Assembly (NCBI RefSeq): GCF_036321535.1
Contig: NC_087436.1
Span: forward strand, 25,732,001-25,796,000
Reading direction: 5' to 3'
From: Camelus dromedarius
Taxonomy: Eukaryota
DNA length: 64,000 nucleotides
The notes below the pieces were generated by a model, which did not search any database, had not been told where the DNA came from, and saw nothing but the letters and a program-made list of their open reading frames with translations. Positions 41,121-55,792 of this stretch are shown in pieces (the stretch's first letter is position 1; each line of letters begins with the position of its first letter). Both the position numbers and the translations under genes were made by a program.

Positions 41121-42049
41121 CAAACCAAGGTCTTATAACTATGCAAGTCCATGACAAAGGAATGCTGATGTAATCAGATTTTTAAAATTTTAAATAATGT
41201 ATTGTTTTCATTAGGTTTACATATCTTTTTAATAAATGGAAATTTGGTTTTCCATTTGGTTTCTTCTATCACTATTTATAATAATAATATAAATTTTTCA
41301 TTTTTCAAATGTTTAAGTGAAAATATTGAGTCAGTTTGAAGAAAATACAGTTTTTTAAGTAATAACACAGGTGGTACTCCGATATGGTAAAAACTATATA
41401 GGTGTTACATAAATGACTAAAGTTTCTGAAACACTGCTTTAGTCTAATATACACGTTTTTTGAAGGAAAGATTTGAGATTTGCAGAGATTGCTTAAAATA
41501 AAGTTTGGAATTTGTATTGTAATCAATCAAATTTGTTGAGGGAAAATTAAATAATAACAGTAATGCTGATACCATTTTAAAATATCTTGAGATCATTTGT
41601 AAGTAGAACTTCTACAGTTCCAGAAATCTTATCTGATGACATGTAAGCTGTGGGACCAGACACTGACCCCTCAGTGTTCTTAGAGATACTTTGCTGTATA
41701 ACATGCACTTTCCTATGAAAATATTTGAATGAGTACTAATCTGAGGGTCCTGGCTTATGACAAACCCGAACAGCAAGTCTGATCATTATGCACGCTACTT
41801 CTGGTGTTGGGGGAGGTGTTCACAGACTTCTAGACTCTTCTTTACAGCATTAGTGCTTTGGGATAGAATTTTTCAGGCTTGTTAAAGATAACCTAAGTAA
41901 AACAAGGAGCAATATTAAGAAGATTCTCCTCAAAATTTAACCTCTCTTCCATGCATTCTCAGTCGCCTTCTACATTGCATTCTCTAGTAATTTATTTTTA
42001 AAATATCAATGGAAATAATTCATCCTAGTTTACCTGCAGTATCACTTGC

Positions 42050-42285
42050 TCAGTACGGAGGAAGTGCCAGGAAACAGTGCTTATGTCTACAAATTCATTA
42101 TCTCTTACTACTCAGAGCAAGACTATGAAGTTGGGATTTTATTATCCCTATTTTAAGATGAGATAATTGAGAATCAGTGAGTATCAGTAATTTGGCCGAG
42201 TCGGCTAGAGTGGTAATTGCTAGATCCAGAACTGAGAATCAAATCCAGGAAAATCTAACCCCTTAGTTTGTGCTCTTTATCACTG
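42050..42285 (-). mobile_element. MIR SINE
   Basis: GTGCCAGGAAACAGTGCT...TATTATCCCTATTTTAAGATGAGATAATTGAGAATCAG. Confidence 0.75.
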
Positions 42286-42313
42286 TGAGATGTCTGTCTC
42301 TCTCTCTTTCTCT

Positions 42314-42316
<3 letters not shown>

Positions 42317-42346
<30 letters not shown>
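42317..42346. repeat. (AC)15 microsatellite preceded by a CT-rich run
   Basis: Read directly from the sequence. Confidence 0.95.
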
Positions 42347-42349
<3 letters not shown>

Positions 42350-43009
42350 TTCCAAAGAATCATTTACACACATGCATATATCAACATGTATAAACATACT
42401 TATTTAGGCACTTATAAAAATATAAATGTCTGGAAAAATATAAATGGATGTCTTATAAGCTCATGAACTTGGGTGATTAAATGAAAAACATAGAGAAGGA
42501 GCTGAACTGACAATAAATGTGCTTCAGCTAACATTTACCATTTCACTCTCTTGTATTTCAGTTACTCTGGGATCTATTTCCTAAGTATTAATTACACAAT
42601 ATTAAATGTTTGTATTTCTACCTACCAAAACATGAATATGAGAATCAACAGCCTGGAGATTACTTGTTAGTATATAAATCAATAAGAGATTATAAATTCC
42701 TAGTACTTTTAGACTCGTATGTCAGATTCAGGAAGGACAGTTGCCAGAAAGCCACACTGCTTGGAACTATTTCTGAATTACTGGCACTGGATATTGTCAT
42801 ATCGATTTATTGATTAAAACAACAACAATAATCTACCGGCTTAAGTGACATCTGAAATAAGACAGTGATTTTTGATGCTATTAATTGTGCAAGTAGGTAT
42901 TTTTAAATTTAAAGTTATTACCATACATTTAGTTATTTTTGTATAAATTATCTTTTAGGGGGCTTCTTACAAAAACTATAAGGGTTGAAGTGAAAGTTTT
43001 TACTGAATT

Positions 43010-44560
43010 GATTTTTTTTTCATGGGGGTTCTTTAATCAAACATAACCACAATACCATGGTCACATGTTAAAAAATAATTCTTTAATACTATAAAACTTT
43101 CCCAATTGTTCTATTTTTCAAATTTACTTTGTTTCTTTAAAATCTGAACAAAAAGAAGGGACATATTTTATGATTAACTAAAATATCTTTTAATGTAGAA
43201 TTTACCATTTCATCTCTTTAATTTTTCTGAAATTGTTGAAGATCTAGGTTATTTTTACATAGAGTTTCAGGGTTTGCTGAATGCATCCCAGTAGTGTCTC
43301 TAGCATGAGTTTCTTTCCCTGTATTTCCTGTAATTTATTAATCTAGAGAATTGATCAGATTTTTTTAAGTGATTTTGAAAAGTCTGCTTTCTAAGTGGTG
43401 GTGTATGTTTCCATCAGGAGGCACCTAATGTTTCTGGTTGTCCTTTTGTGATATTATTAGTCATTGATAATCATTGCCTAGATCCTCTATTTCATTACAG
43501 ATTGAAAAATGGTTATATTCTGATTTTAACATCCCTCTTCTTTTATCTGATAGAAGAGTTCCTAAAAGAAGGAACGTCCCTGTATCAGCTCTGGTTAACT
43601 AGAAGTAGAGATTATTTAGAAAAGGCAGAATAAATCACAGTTCTTTCCCTCTATTTACAATATATTTAGTTCTTTAGCATTTTTAAGAGGTGACCAATAA
43701 AAAGGTTTTAAACTATCATTATGAACTCATGGATTTAAACAATTTTGATGCATTTTAATATACTGCAGTTATTATCCTTAATGCTGCAAAAATGATTCCA
43801 TATTGGCTGACAGTTTCAAGTTTGCTCCTGAGTCTTAAAGACATTAACCATCTAGGCTTTGCCAGTATTTTTCCTTTCTGTTATGACAAAATGATCCGGG
43901 CCCGTCTTACACATTTCCTGTCTCAGACCTGTAAGCAACTATTTCTCCAAAGAACCATAGGTCCTTTCAATGAAAAATGGTATTGAGAGACCACACTTTG
44001 GGCACAAAAGCAAATCATTCTTATTGGTCATTGATTCTAGGTCTTCTCATTTGCAAGATATAGGAAATATACCTATGAATGAGTATATATTTTTAAAAAA
44101 TAACATGTATGTTCATTTCATGTTATTTTTAAAATGTACTTGTTTCATAATTATTTTCATTATTTCGAAGTTCAATATGTAAGTAGGATATATGCAAAGA
44201 AATTTACTTTCTCAGAAACACCCTACTCCCTCCCTCCTCCATTGATAAGTTTTTGATGTTTTGCAATATAAACAAGTACTTTCATACACATTTGGATAGA
44301 TAACCAAACTTTTTAGGTAACCTGCAACATGGTCTACATAATTTTCTCCATGTCCTGCTGGTCTCTCCATAGAATGGGTACCCAGCCAGCTACATAGTCT
44401 TACACAGTATGAATTATTTTCATATTTTATGTAAATGATAGGTACACTATTAATAGGTATTTGAGTTATTTCCAGTTTAAATCTTTTTTTATTTTTATCT
44501 GTTTTATGATTATAAATAGTGCTGTAGTAAATAGCTTTGTCCAAATAATTTATTTTGTAG
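43010..44560 (-). mobile_element. Old L1 (L1MC/ME-like) 3' UTR
   Basis: TCCATCAGGAGGCACCTAATGTTTCTGGTTG, AAACTATCATTATGAACTCATGGATTTAAAC, CTATTTCTCCAAAGAACC...AATGGTATT. Confidence 0.7.
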
Positions 44561-46029
44561 TACTGCCATCAGTGATTTGATGTTATAATAATCATTTTAA
44601 GGTAGGTAATTATTTTAAAAGGAAAGATGAATATTGATCAGAAAATGAAGTGCTAAGAAAATAATTTTAATTGACTGACCAATTGACTGATTGATCAATC
44701 TAGCCAAATAACTGTAATACATACTGGTGAAAGAAATTAGGACAGAAAGAGGGTAATGTCTCATCACATTCCATTTGGCTGAAGGTCAAATCTCAGATTA
44801 GTGGCAAAGCCCATGATAACCAGACCACCGTGGGCATGGAGTCCATCAGAAATCTTCCCCAGTCAGACTCTTCCCTCTAATTCTCTGATATTATACCTCT
44901 GCTTTCATTGTGTTCATCTATTTTTAAATTTTTTTAAACACTTGCTCCTTGCCCTTTTTAGTCAATTGTCCTCCATAATACACCATTTAAGAGAAAAATT
45001 AATGTTTAATCATTTCAGTACTTCAGCTATAGAGTGGGGCATCAATTTCACATTACTCAAGTAACTTGGCACATGTTTAAGGTACTAAATCGTTTTCCAG
45101 GCACTCCCCCATAGTGATGGGAAAAAAGAAAGTTCTTAACTCTTTAAAACTCTACCATCTGCCATCCCTGTTCACCTGGCCTAGCCTAGACACCCCATTT
45201 CCCTTACAAGCACAGCCTAATCCAGTTCCCTCTGAAAACTACTGCACTTAAGTTCATATTTGATAGGACCACATGGCTTCCCAATTTGCCTCATAGAGTT
45301 CTTATTGGTTCCCCCTCACAACACTGTAAATTATTTAAAGCGTAACATAACATATATATTGGAACACATCTATCACCATTTCTCTTCAGGATTGCCGCTG
45401 AATTGACAGCTCATTTTTCAGAGAGTGAAGGTGATTTTTAAGCCAGAATCAAGGATCTGATTTTCCTGGGTGGAATGGCTGCATAGAGATATGTGACATT
45501 AATATATGAATGGATGAGTCCTGGCTTCTCACTGGTCAAGAGGAAACTCATTATTTCTAAAGAATCACACCAAAGGCAGGCTGGTTTTCAATTTAATGTC
45601 TTTTTTTTTTTTTAATGGAGCAGCAAATAGCTATTGTTTAATGCTGTTTTTTTTTCCTCCTTCCAACATATAATCATTTATACATAATGTGTACTTGCAC
45701 ATGATCCATTAGAAGAGAAAGGACTGTAAGAAAGAAAGTCTGACAGAAGTGCTTTTACTCACCATGTCCTCATCTCCCTCCATCACTCACCTGCTCACTC
45801 TCCCTTCCTGTTCTCCACAGATGCTCCTGCCTGTCCACCTCCTATTTCCTCCCTGTGACCCGTGTTCTTTATGCTCCTCTTCCATGCCTGTACTCAAATC
45901 TGAAAAAAAAAGATATACATAACATCAATTTTAGTATCAAATCAGAAGTCAGTTTGCTTGTTTCAATATTTCATGCATAATGTGGACATAATCTTCTTCA
46001 CAAATTGCTTGGTTTTAGAAAGAGTTGAG

Positions 46030-46242
46030 TGAACTGATTCTAAACCTTGACTGCATATTATAATCACCTGAGGAATTTCTCAAACTACCTAGGAAGACAG
46101 ATCAATTAAGTCAGAATCTCTAGAGGTCAGACCCAGCCAACGGTAGTTTGTAAAGCTCTTCAAGTGATTCCAGTGTCCAACCAAGAGGAAACAAAGAAAT
46201 GCTTTTCTCTAAGGCTCATACCTTCACAGTTGAGAATCACTA
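46030..46242. mobile_element. MER5A-like hAT element
   Basis: ATTCTAAACCTTGACTGCATATTATAATCACCTG...AATTAAGTCAGAATCTCT...GTGATTCCAGTG...GTTGAGAATCACT. Confidence 0.7.
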
Positions 46243-49200
46243 CTTAGTAAGTAAGCCTTTGGCTAAAAAGGGAGATTGTTATGACCCTGAGCAGAAAAAG
46301 TTTTGCAAATCAACGTTATCAGTCTGTAAAACAATCATTCATCAAAAGTCTCATTAACTAATCTATATTTATAATTGAAAATAGCCAAGGTAAAATACTC
46401 TTTTGAAAAATATAATATAAATGTCTCTATATTGTGATTTTTTTTGAAAAAGAGTTAAGTGCCTAATATTTAAACTACCTGTTCAAGATACAGAATAAAA
46501 CGCTAGAAATAATATTCAGCTTACCCAAGGAATCTGACTAGTGTAGCATTCATAATAGTTATCCTCCAAATCTGTTTAGATGCTTATATTCCATTTTATA
46601 GAGTTTTACTTCTACCCACATACAAACTTCCTTAATGGAAATTGCCCATATGCCATACAATTCATGGTTGACTTATTTTACATTTGCTTAACAGCCTTAT
46701 CCCATGATTTAAGGGGACATTTGTAAGGGCAAAACAGTCAAAAATATCTTAATAACACGATGGGTTTCAAAGGGCACTCAAAGGCAAAATGTGAATATGA
46801 CATTTTAACATTGATTAGTAACATGAGTATAATGCAGATATTCCATCTAAAACTAAATTCAGTGCATCAATTTTGTTAGTGACATACATAGATTTTTTTT
46901 TCCCTACGTGAATGGTAAGATTTTATTTTTTATAAGGAAAGTGATTTTTTTCACATATGCAGAATACGATAACATTTGTTCATAACTGTATGTGTGCTAG
47001 AGGTCGCAAATTCGGGTTACTTTCAATTCCCATAATGAAAATATTAAAATTAATACATTTTTTTAATTTCTAAGAGGTAGACCAGCTGCTTCATTATGCA
47101 TTGTAGCTGCTCAGGGATTTAACTCATGTGCCTGGGAGCATATGCTTTTTAAAAAACATTTTAGTAAACATTTGGATGTTGTCATATTTATAACTCTTGA
47201 GAGAATATGCACTCTACTATTTTAATTATATTTTAGCATGTGGCTGAGTCTTACTTCCTTTAATAGTCATTAATCAACGTAAGTAAATAATGAAAGTATA
47301 TATGTATACACACATATCTATATGTATACATATACACCCACTTTAGAATCCTTAGAGAAAGTATAGCAAATATGTTTGCTATAATGATTATACTTGATTC
47401 TTATTTCCTTTAGCATAATAATGATTTAAGCAACTACTGAAATTGACTTAATTGACACATCCTGGCTTATAGGTTTGTATTATTTCAGTTACAATAAAAA
47501 AATGATAACTGAAACATCACTAACATGATTCACAAAGGTAAGATGCAATTTGTTGCTTTTGAAGATCTAATTCTATTAAAACATATATGCTGGTGTTCTG
47601 TTATTTTTAACAATATTCCATACTGTAGACTTGTGCAAGACTTTAAACAGAATTTAAGTACTAGTTGACATGTGCTCAGTTTCCACAAAGTTCACGTTTT
47701 CTACAATGAGCTAATAAGCAGAAATATTGCTAAAATCTTATTTATGTTATAGACATAGGCAAGCATGACAAGCAAGGGTGGGTTAAACATGTGCTAGAAC
47801 AGGGCATGAGGGGAGAGAATCTGTAAACAAAACCTCTTACATGGAGCAGAACAAATGCTAGGCGACTCATCCAGAGTGGTGAATGAAGATCCAAAGTAGC
47901 GGGCAGAACACCAGAGGGTCTGGCAGTAAACCACAAACTATCAATCCGTGAGCACTTGGCAGCACAACATGAATCATCAGTACTCTCATGGGTAGGTGGT
48001 TCAAACAGTGAGATTCCAGGGGAGATTCCCAAAGGAATGTCAGTATCACAGAATTTCACCAACTGATAAAAGGGCAACAGCCAAAAATGTTTGGAGCAGG
48101 ATTGAGTAACTTGGACTTGGAATGGCAGGAGGATAAAACTAGTAAAACCAAGGAGGGTCTGAAGGTCAACTATTACAGTTAGGACAGTAGGTGAGAATGA
48201 TACATCAGGTATGAGGAAAAAGTCTAATCAGAGCCAGGTATCAGGTGTGGGGCAGACTCAATGAAGCATCAGTTACTGGTGAGCACCAACGTTCACATAC
48301 CCTTCTTGACTCAGGACAAGATTGTTTCCTGATATTCTGGAGCATAGCTCTGGGGGTGCAAGGGGTAGGGTTCAAGTGGACTGGGATGAGAAAGAGGAAA
48401 GATACAAAGGTTGGAAACCAAACAGCATTTCACATGGGTACCAGAATTCAAGAAATAAGTAACATAAATGTCATTCCCATGGATGCAACTTTTAAAACAA
48501 TCTGCAACCACACTTCTGCAAATTAAAGAGCAGTCAGGATTTGGCTCTACAGCCTTACTGTGAGAACCTATATGGGCATGCATATACCAGAGATGTTTAT
48601 ATTAGACCTCTAGCATATGGAAATAACTTCAAGCATTTTATTCTAGGCTGTCAAGAAATTCTAGGTGCATAAAGTTTCTTAATGGAGTGTTATCACTTAT
48701 ATCAAGATAAGCTATATTGAACTCAGATACATTTATTTTGTCTAAGCAGCCTGGGGGCAACGCATTTGCTGTAATTCCACCACATATTACCCATCTCCCA
48801 AACATGAATTATTATAAACAGTAAGTATTAAAATATCTAAAGTTTTTTTTCTCCATTCACATGATGGTGAGTTTGAATTATATCACATCCCAAAGATTTA
48901 TTTTATTTTCTTTCTCCAGGGTTTTATTTGTAAAAATGTGCATTTTGGAGGGCAGTATAGAATGGCATATAAAATTAGGTAATTTAAATTTATAATATAA
49001 ATTTATAATCTTAAGCAAAACATCTGTTCTTAATTCCAAATTAAAAAAAATATATATATGAATAAAATTATATGTTTTGACTTATGGAATTCAAAGGAAA
49101 AGCAATATAATCAGGATCAATGAGACTTTCCCATTTGTAAAAAAATATAAAGCCCAATAATTGCAAAATTTTTCAATAGTGATATCACAAATATTGTAAT

Positions 49201-52200
49201 TTTTCCTCAACTATAGTCACAGCAGTAGTTTTACTTATTGCAGAAAACTAGTTTTGTAAGCTTTCTCTTTCACAACCTAATTTTTTCATAAAAGTACAAA
49301 TAAAACTTCATAGCTTTCACCACCATAACACAGCTTTCCCAGCTTTTAACAGCCTAATCACTTTTGTTGTTTCAAACAAAGAAGCTTTATTCCATTTGAG
49401 CCAGATTGTTTTAAATGCTTCTTTTTCAAAATTAAGTTTTATCCTTAAGAGAAGGTGTAGTTTTTATATCATTTATTTAGTAAGAAGGAAGGAGGTTTTT
49501 TCTTTTAACCTCTTTGTAGTCTACATGTCAATACATGACAGACTGATGTTATTTAATCTAGAAAAAAAGTCATATATTATCACCTCAATCTGGCCCAAGA
49601 TAAACTTGTTAATAACTGCCGTTTATGAATATTTATCATGAGACAAGTGGTTAAAGAGACAGGACAGATTTAATCATCAGGTAACATTTCTGATAACTAT
49701 GCAACTTAACACTGATTAATCAGACTGACTGAGGCTTTAGAAACACAAGCTTGCCTGAATTTGTCTTATCTTTCATGAATCTCTTCTGCCTTGCACTTCA
49801 AAATGCTCTATTTTAGTCTCTACTGAAAATTGCTCAAAAACCTTTTTTGGAGACAGAGATTTAGTCTTGACCAAAGCATCTACAGGGTACAAAATTGGAG
49901 CTGGAATCAATGAAGACAGTTGAAAAAAACAACTGCTAACTGATCATAGTGCCTTAACGGAAAATACTAGGAGACCAGACACAGGCCCTTGAAATATGAT
50001 ACTGTCTTGAAAGATGGGGTCAGCTATTATGAAGTAAAGTACAAGTCCACATTCCAGAACCTCAGTTTCTTTCAGGTCCTGGTTTGGTCCTTAGCCATTT
50101 TTGTGCTCCTTCTCTCTCATTCCTAGTGCTTTCCAGTGTGTGATCTATTTTCCTGAGAAAACTTTCCACTGGGTTGAAAGCCTGAGAACTCGTAAGTTCA
50201 GATGAATGATAATGAGCATTGTCAAAGAGGCAGTAAAATTGAGTCCCTGGTCCTGGCCGCTGAGAGCCGCAGGAGTTAATTGTGTGAATGGTAATGAGAC
50301 CAGGGCGGCAGCAGATGCTCGCGTGCCTTTACAATCCAAATCCCACCAACCCGTTCCTCCCACAGAAACTTTGAGGGACATCTTGGCACCCTGGAGATAC
50401 AGAGAGACCCAGCCATAGCCACATGCCACCTGCTAGACCTATTGTTAAAAAAAAAAGGTGCCCATTAAAATAACAAAGTTGTTTGCTATCTTTTGCAGTG
50501 ACTTTATGGCACTGGTTTTTACCAGAGTAGAGGAATGGAAGGAAAAGGAACATCTGATTCTTTATAGGGAAACATTTGCACCCGAAGCAGTTAACGACTT
50601 ACATGTTCAGTATATAGTATGTGATGCAGATTCTTCTGATAAACCACGCCTGCCTTTTCCTCTCGTCACTCCCCCCCAACTCCTGTTTATCCTGCAGCAG
50701 ATTTACAAGGCCTCATGGCTTTTAATGACATGAAGAAAAATGGCCATGTTTGTCCCTACAGAAAAATCAAAAGAGTAAAAGGGTAGGATGTAGAATTGTT
50801 ATTGATAATTTTCATTTCTAAATAAAAGTAAAAACCCTTTTGAATCATCTTAGCCAAAATACTCTGTGAATGATCTGTCTTTGAATCAAGTTAGAGTTCC
50901 TGCTTACTGATGAGGCAGTGTTTTTATTTTTTTAAGATATCTAAGACTATGGAGTCCAGAATGGTCATTCTTAGAAAAATGAGTGATAAGAATGGAGGCA
51001 AGCGAAATTGGAAGAGACCCTCAGATATTGGGTGTTGAGGTTTCTGTGACAGTGTTTTCCACTGGGCAGTTTAGGGCTCTCTGTGAGGACAGTAAAATGG
51101 TATGAAACTGAAAGAAATTATATTGTATATTACTTTCAATTTTGAGGATGTAGATACCTACTCTTTAGAAATCTTGGTATCATATTCCTTGTTGGAAAAA
51201 GTGGACCTATTTCTAATACTGGAAAATAGGGTTAGTTTCAATGGCGACTGCACGTGTGGTAGATTTGTCGCCTTTATCCTGCCCTAGAAGAGAGGCTCAG
51301 TGTCTCTGTCTGGGTTAAACAAAAGCTGCTTCAGTTCTCACTTTTGGTTCTGCTGGTTGACCCTGATTATTATAAAAGCAATTAGTTAGGCTAGAATTTC
51401 TGAATTCATTGTAGACAACCTCTGATGATCTTGCATCAGCAATACAGATTAGAGTTAGAAATATTTACATGCTTTGTAAGTTGGTATCACTATTATCAGT
51501 GCAGATTTTGGACTACATAAGCCCTCTGGTGCTAGATTATTCTGTTTGTAAAGACCCAAGACTCTATAGTAAATAAAAAAACTCTGTTCTTTTCATAATA
51601 ATAAAATCTGCGCTTCTGACTTACTGAGAAGTCAGATATAGAAGCATGTGGGAGCAATATGTAAATGCCAAGCAAGCTGTTTATTCTGGGATCTGCTCCT
51701 GCATAATAATCATAATCCAATGCTAGCAGAAACCTTTTGAATTTCAAACACTGTATAGTTCTAGCAAAACAGAAAGAACCACAGCAAATTTTGTAGTTGC
51801 TGAATATTTCTGAAAAATCTCAAATATGTTTACTTTGGGGGGGGGGCAAATCAGGGATTTCTATAAGTTTAACACAATCCAGCAAAATTATTTTAAAATG
51901 ATTTCATCATGCTTTGGTAAACTGCCCTGGATAAAAATGGGGGGTGGGTGTTGAGATTTGCTTTTTCATATTCCTATTACTGGAAGAACACATTAAAGCA
52001 AATTCAGAGTCATTTTGTCTAAGAAAATTTGTACTGGGAGCTGTGGAGAAAGTGAATTTTATTTTATTATTTCATTAAATTAATGTTAGAAATTCAGACA
52101 TTCTGTGCAGACTTAATGATGTGTGGACTACATATGTTTCTTAAAATTTAAAGAAAGTTTTTTAGTGTTTTTATTTATTTAGACAGTTACATTCAATACT

Positions 52201-53170
52201 TTTGGCTGAGAAAGATAAAGCACATTTGCTTGCCTTAAATGATGTTCTTTCTTTGCCAGGAATGTTAGTGTCTTTCATTCAGCCTCACAACAGAAAGCAG
52301 AGTCTCTAGAAAAGTTTGTCAAAATAAATAATATGCTCTTGAGTACTCAATGTAAGCAGGATATCCAGGTGCACTTTTATGTCTTCCTCCTAAATTTAGG
52401 ATTCTGTCCTCTATATAAGAAAACATTTGTGGAGAGTGACTTACCACTGGGAAGGCTGGTGATGGTATGAACAATGATGCAACATCAAAGAGCCCTTGAG
52501 TGGGAAGTGGGTTCCTTTGATCTCAAGTCAGTCTCTCTTGTACCACATTATGCTACTCCCTTGTGTCAGTCCCCTCATTGGCTTTTGCTCAAAAACTGGA
52601 ATGTTTCTGATTATAACATAAATAAGAATCTAAATGTCTACTCTCCTTTTTGCAGATTCCCAGACTTTCTATTTGCATCTTTTAATCTACAATTGATTGA
52701 GTTGTGTTTCCTTGTAGATGAGCCTGGGCTCAGAAAAACCACAATGCCTGGGACAGAGTCAGAATATTATCTCTACCTTTCTTGACCTCCTCCCTTTTTC
52801 CCAGCTCTGCCTAAGAATCATTTCAGTTAACCTGTAGCACTGATAATTTTCAAAGATAACATCCAAAAGACAAAACAGTGATTTTTTTGTCGTTGTTGTT
52901 TTGTTACACGAATTGCAGCATTTTTTCCTGAGATAATTCACTTTGATGTGTACTGATATCCTTCCTCACAGCTTCACTGTTTTCAAAGATGGAAGAATTT
53001 CTTTTTCATTTACTATCTAAGACACAAGTAGTTATTACTATATCAGAAGTAGATTTTGGAGGCAAATACAGATACACAAACTCAATATTGACTATTTATT
53101 TAGCTGTGTGAAAGTGTGCTTAAACTTTGTGAAGCTTAGTTTCTTTATTATAAAATGGTTCTAGGATTAA

Positions 53171-53751
53171 TGTGGCCGACAATACTTGCTCTCCACTCAA
53201 TAACCACTTTCTCCTCCACTCTGTTAACTGAATCCCAATATCTTAACACTTTGTATGAACTAGAGGAGCTTTCCCTGGAACCCAGGGCTAAAACTTCATC
53301 AGTCTCGACCAATTATGACAACTCCCCTCTCCTTGCTAGAGTGTAAAGAATCATCGTGTGACACAAATCCGACCAATGAGCTTATTTAAGGGGATATCAA
53401 CAGAAGGCTCCTAGAATATATTTTTTTCTTGATGAAAAAACTCTATAAAGGGAGTAACACCTTGTTGTAACTGTCCATTTAGCTGGGGTGGGAGACACTT
53501 CTTAGATTTGTAACAGATCTTGGGAAGGTGAATAAGCCCCTGTTAAGAAGGATAAGATAGCACATTCAAGATGAAGGAGTAGAAGGATGGAAGAAACATG
53601 GGTCATGGTGGCATCACGGAGCTGCTTAATTATTCAGTGTCAAAAATGTCCTATCTCTGTGTATCTTGTGTTTTGTTTAAATAAACTCCTTCACGTTGAC
53701 ACTCTGGCTCGGTTCTATTACTTGTATCTCACTTATTTCTAGCAATTATAA
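53171..53751 (+). mobile_element. ERVL-type LTR (LTR33/LTR16-like) inserted into a MIR
   Basis: Starts TGTGGCCGACA; contains TGTGACACAAATCCGACCAATGAG and AGAAGGATGGAAGAAACATGGGTC. MIR halves at about 53045-53170 and 53755-53845. Confidence 0.65.
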
Positions 53752-55622
53752 ACATGTCATTATTAAGATTACAGTACAAATTAAATGAGGAAATACATAT
53801 ATATAAAGAACTTGGCACATAGTGGTGGTCAATAACTGTTACCTTTATTTTTATTGTGTTTCAAGACCTTGACATTTAATGGCTATGGGAGATATTACTA
53901 TTTTAGATAGTATTTTTTTATGAGTAACTCATTCTAAGTGTGAACTCTTAAATTTGCGTTCTTAATTACATTTTGGAACAGATATTTTCTAAAATGTTCT
54001 ACTGCTTTTAGGCAGGCATTTTAAAAAATGCTGTACTGTTAAAATGAGAATCTTCTTTGGAAATTAAATTCCTGTGGATAAAGACTACTGACTATCATTA
54101 GCTAATTTATTACAACAATTAACTTATCCAATTTCAAAATAAATACTAAATGATAATAAAGAGGCATCATGTTTTCACAAATGGTAGCCTGCTATGTGCC
54201 TTATAGGAAACAGGCATTATTTTCAATAAACGCTGAGCAACTCTCTACAGTTTTGTTCCAGTTGAAACATTTTCTGTATAAGTGACATACATTAAGACAT
54301 TTATTATGTAAAAAATATGTACAAACTATTTCTTTTGTAGGTTGGTAAAGGAATGACAAGAACATTTCCAGAGACCAGCTATATAGCTAGGTATCTACTC
54401 CATGTTATAAATCTATTAATCACTGATTTTCTTTATTTTATGAAATTTCAATTATTCTTGATGAAAAGTGCTATTTAACAGAATACCTTGAACCTTTTCT
54501 TTTCCTTGTGAAATTAAGCATCCGTCAATTTGAAACATTACTCTTGTGCACTACAAAGCCTCAATTGCCCCTCTTAAAAATGGTTCAACTGGTGGGTGGT
54601 AACTGTGAAGTGAATAATTTCCCACAAATTCTACGTAAAAAAGCAATTGGACATTGAAGTTGCAATTAACCTAGCTGTATTTAATAACAGTAAGTTTTTT
54701 TGTATACTTTTTATGGTAATAGTCAATAGATACTTATTTAAGCTTAACCTACCTTCTTTCAAAAAGTTTTAAGGTAATCTAATATATTCTAAAATAGCAT
54801 TGATTTGATTTTTCATTATTTAAGTGGATGCTAATACAGCTAAGTCATTAGTCCTCATTTACACTTTTAGAAATGATTCTTAAGTGTAGACACCAGTCTC
54901 TGTACAGGGGATGCTTTTAGTTGGGGGAAAAATGGTTGGATAAATCAGAATTCACCCAGAAGGATTATATATAAAACAGATTTTAATATGAACACAAAAG
55001 CTTTAAGCATTGGCAATAATTTTTTTGTCACACTTCAATTTCTTTTCTTTATCTTGAGCAAGAAATAGTTAAGGATATATAAACAGTGCACTCAAGATGT
55101 GCTTTCCCACAGCACTCAGTGATGAAGGACTATTGGCATGAAGAAAACAGAAAGCAAACATGTCATGTATGTATACCGGACAGATGGAAAACACCCACTC
55201 AGAGATTCCTAAGGACATTCATATGTACAAATACACATCTATGTAATGACACTGGAAATATTTTTGCCTTTAGGAACAGCTCTTCAAAAAGAATTAGATC
55301 TCTTTTTCTGAGAAGTATTTCCTTCCCTAATGATAAGTATACTGCTTAAATAGATAAGGACAGGGAGATAACTGGTATAAAACATTGGATCCAGGGGGAA
55401 ACTCTTTTCTTTCTATGAATTTAACTAAATAGAGAAGTTTTCTTATATCACTTCTACTTATAATCTTGAGTAAATGGAATCTCAGCTCTGGCCCTTTCTA
55501 TGGTAATCTTTACCATATGCCAATTGTCTAAACTCCCTGGAGGAGCAAAATCTCACAGCACATAGGGTCTGAGTACCATTATGCTAGGGTTTCGACCACT
55601 TCAGACAATAGCTTACTCTTTG

Positions 55623-55792
55623 CAGCATTGTGTCTCAAACTTTAATGTGCATAGAAATCAGCCAAGGATCTTATTAAAATGCAGAATCTGTTTGAGTAGG
55701 TCTGAGGTGCTGTCTGAGATTCTGCATTTCTAACAAGCTTCCAGATAATGCCCAGCCTGCTCTCTATGGACCATACACAGTGCAGAAATGCT
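55623..55792. mobile_element. MER5A-like hAT element
   Basis: TCTCAAACTTTAATGTGCATAGAAATC...TTAAAATGCAGA...AGTAGGTCTG...TGAGATTCTGCATTTCTAACAAGCT. Confidence 0.85.

Noticed and set aside
50422..50439. CTCF-like motif on the minus strand (CTAGCAGGTGGCAT)
   Set aside because: Has T at a nearly invariant C of the core; cannot be supported without ChIP data.
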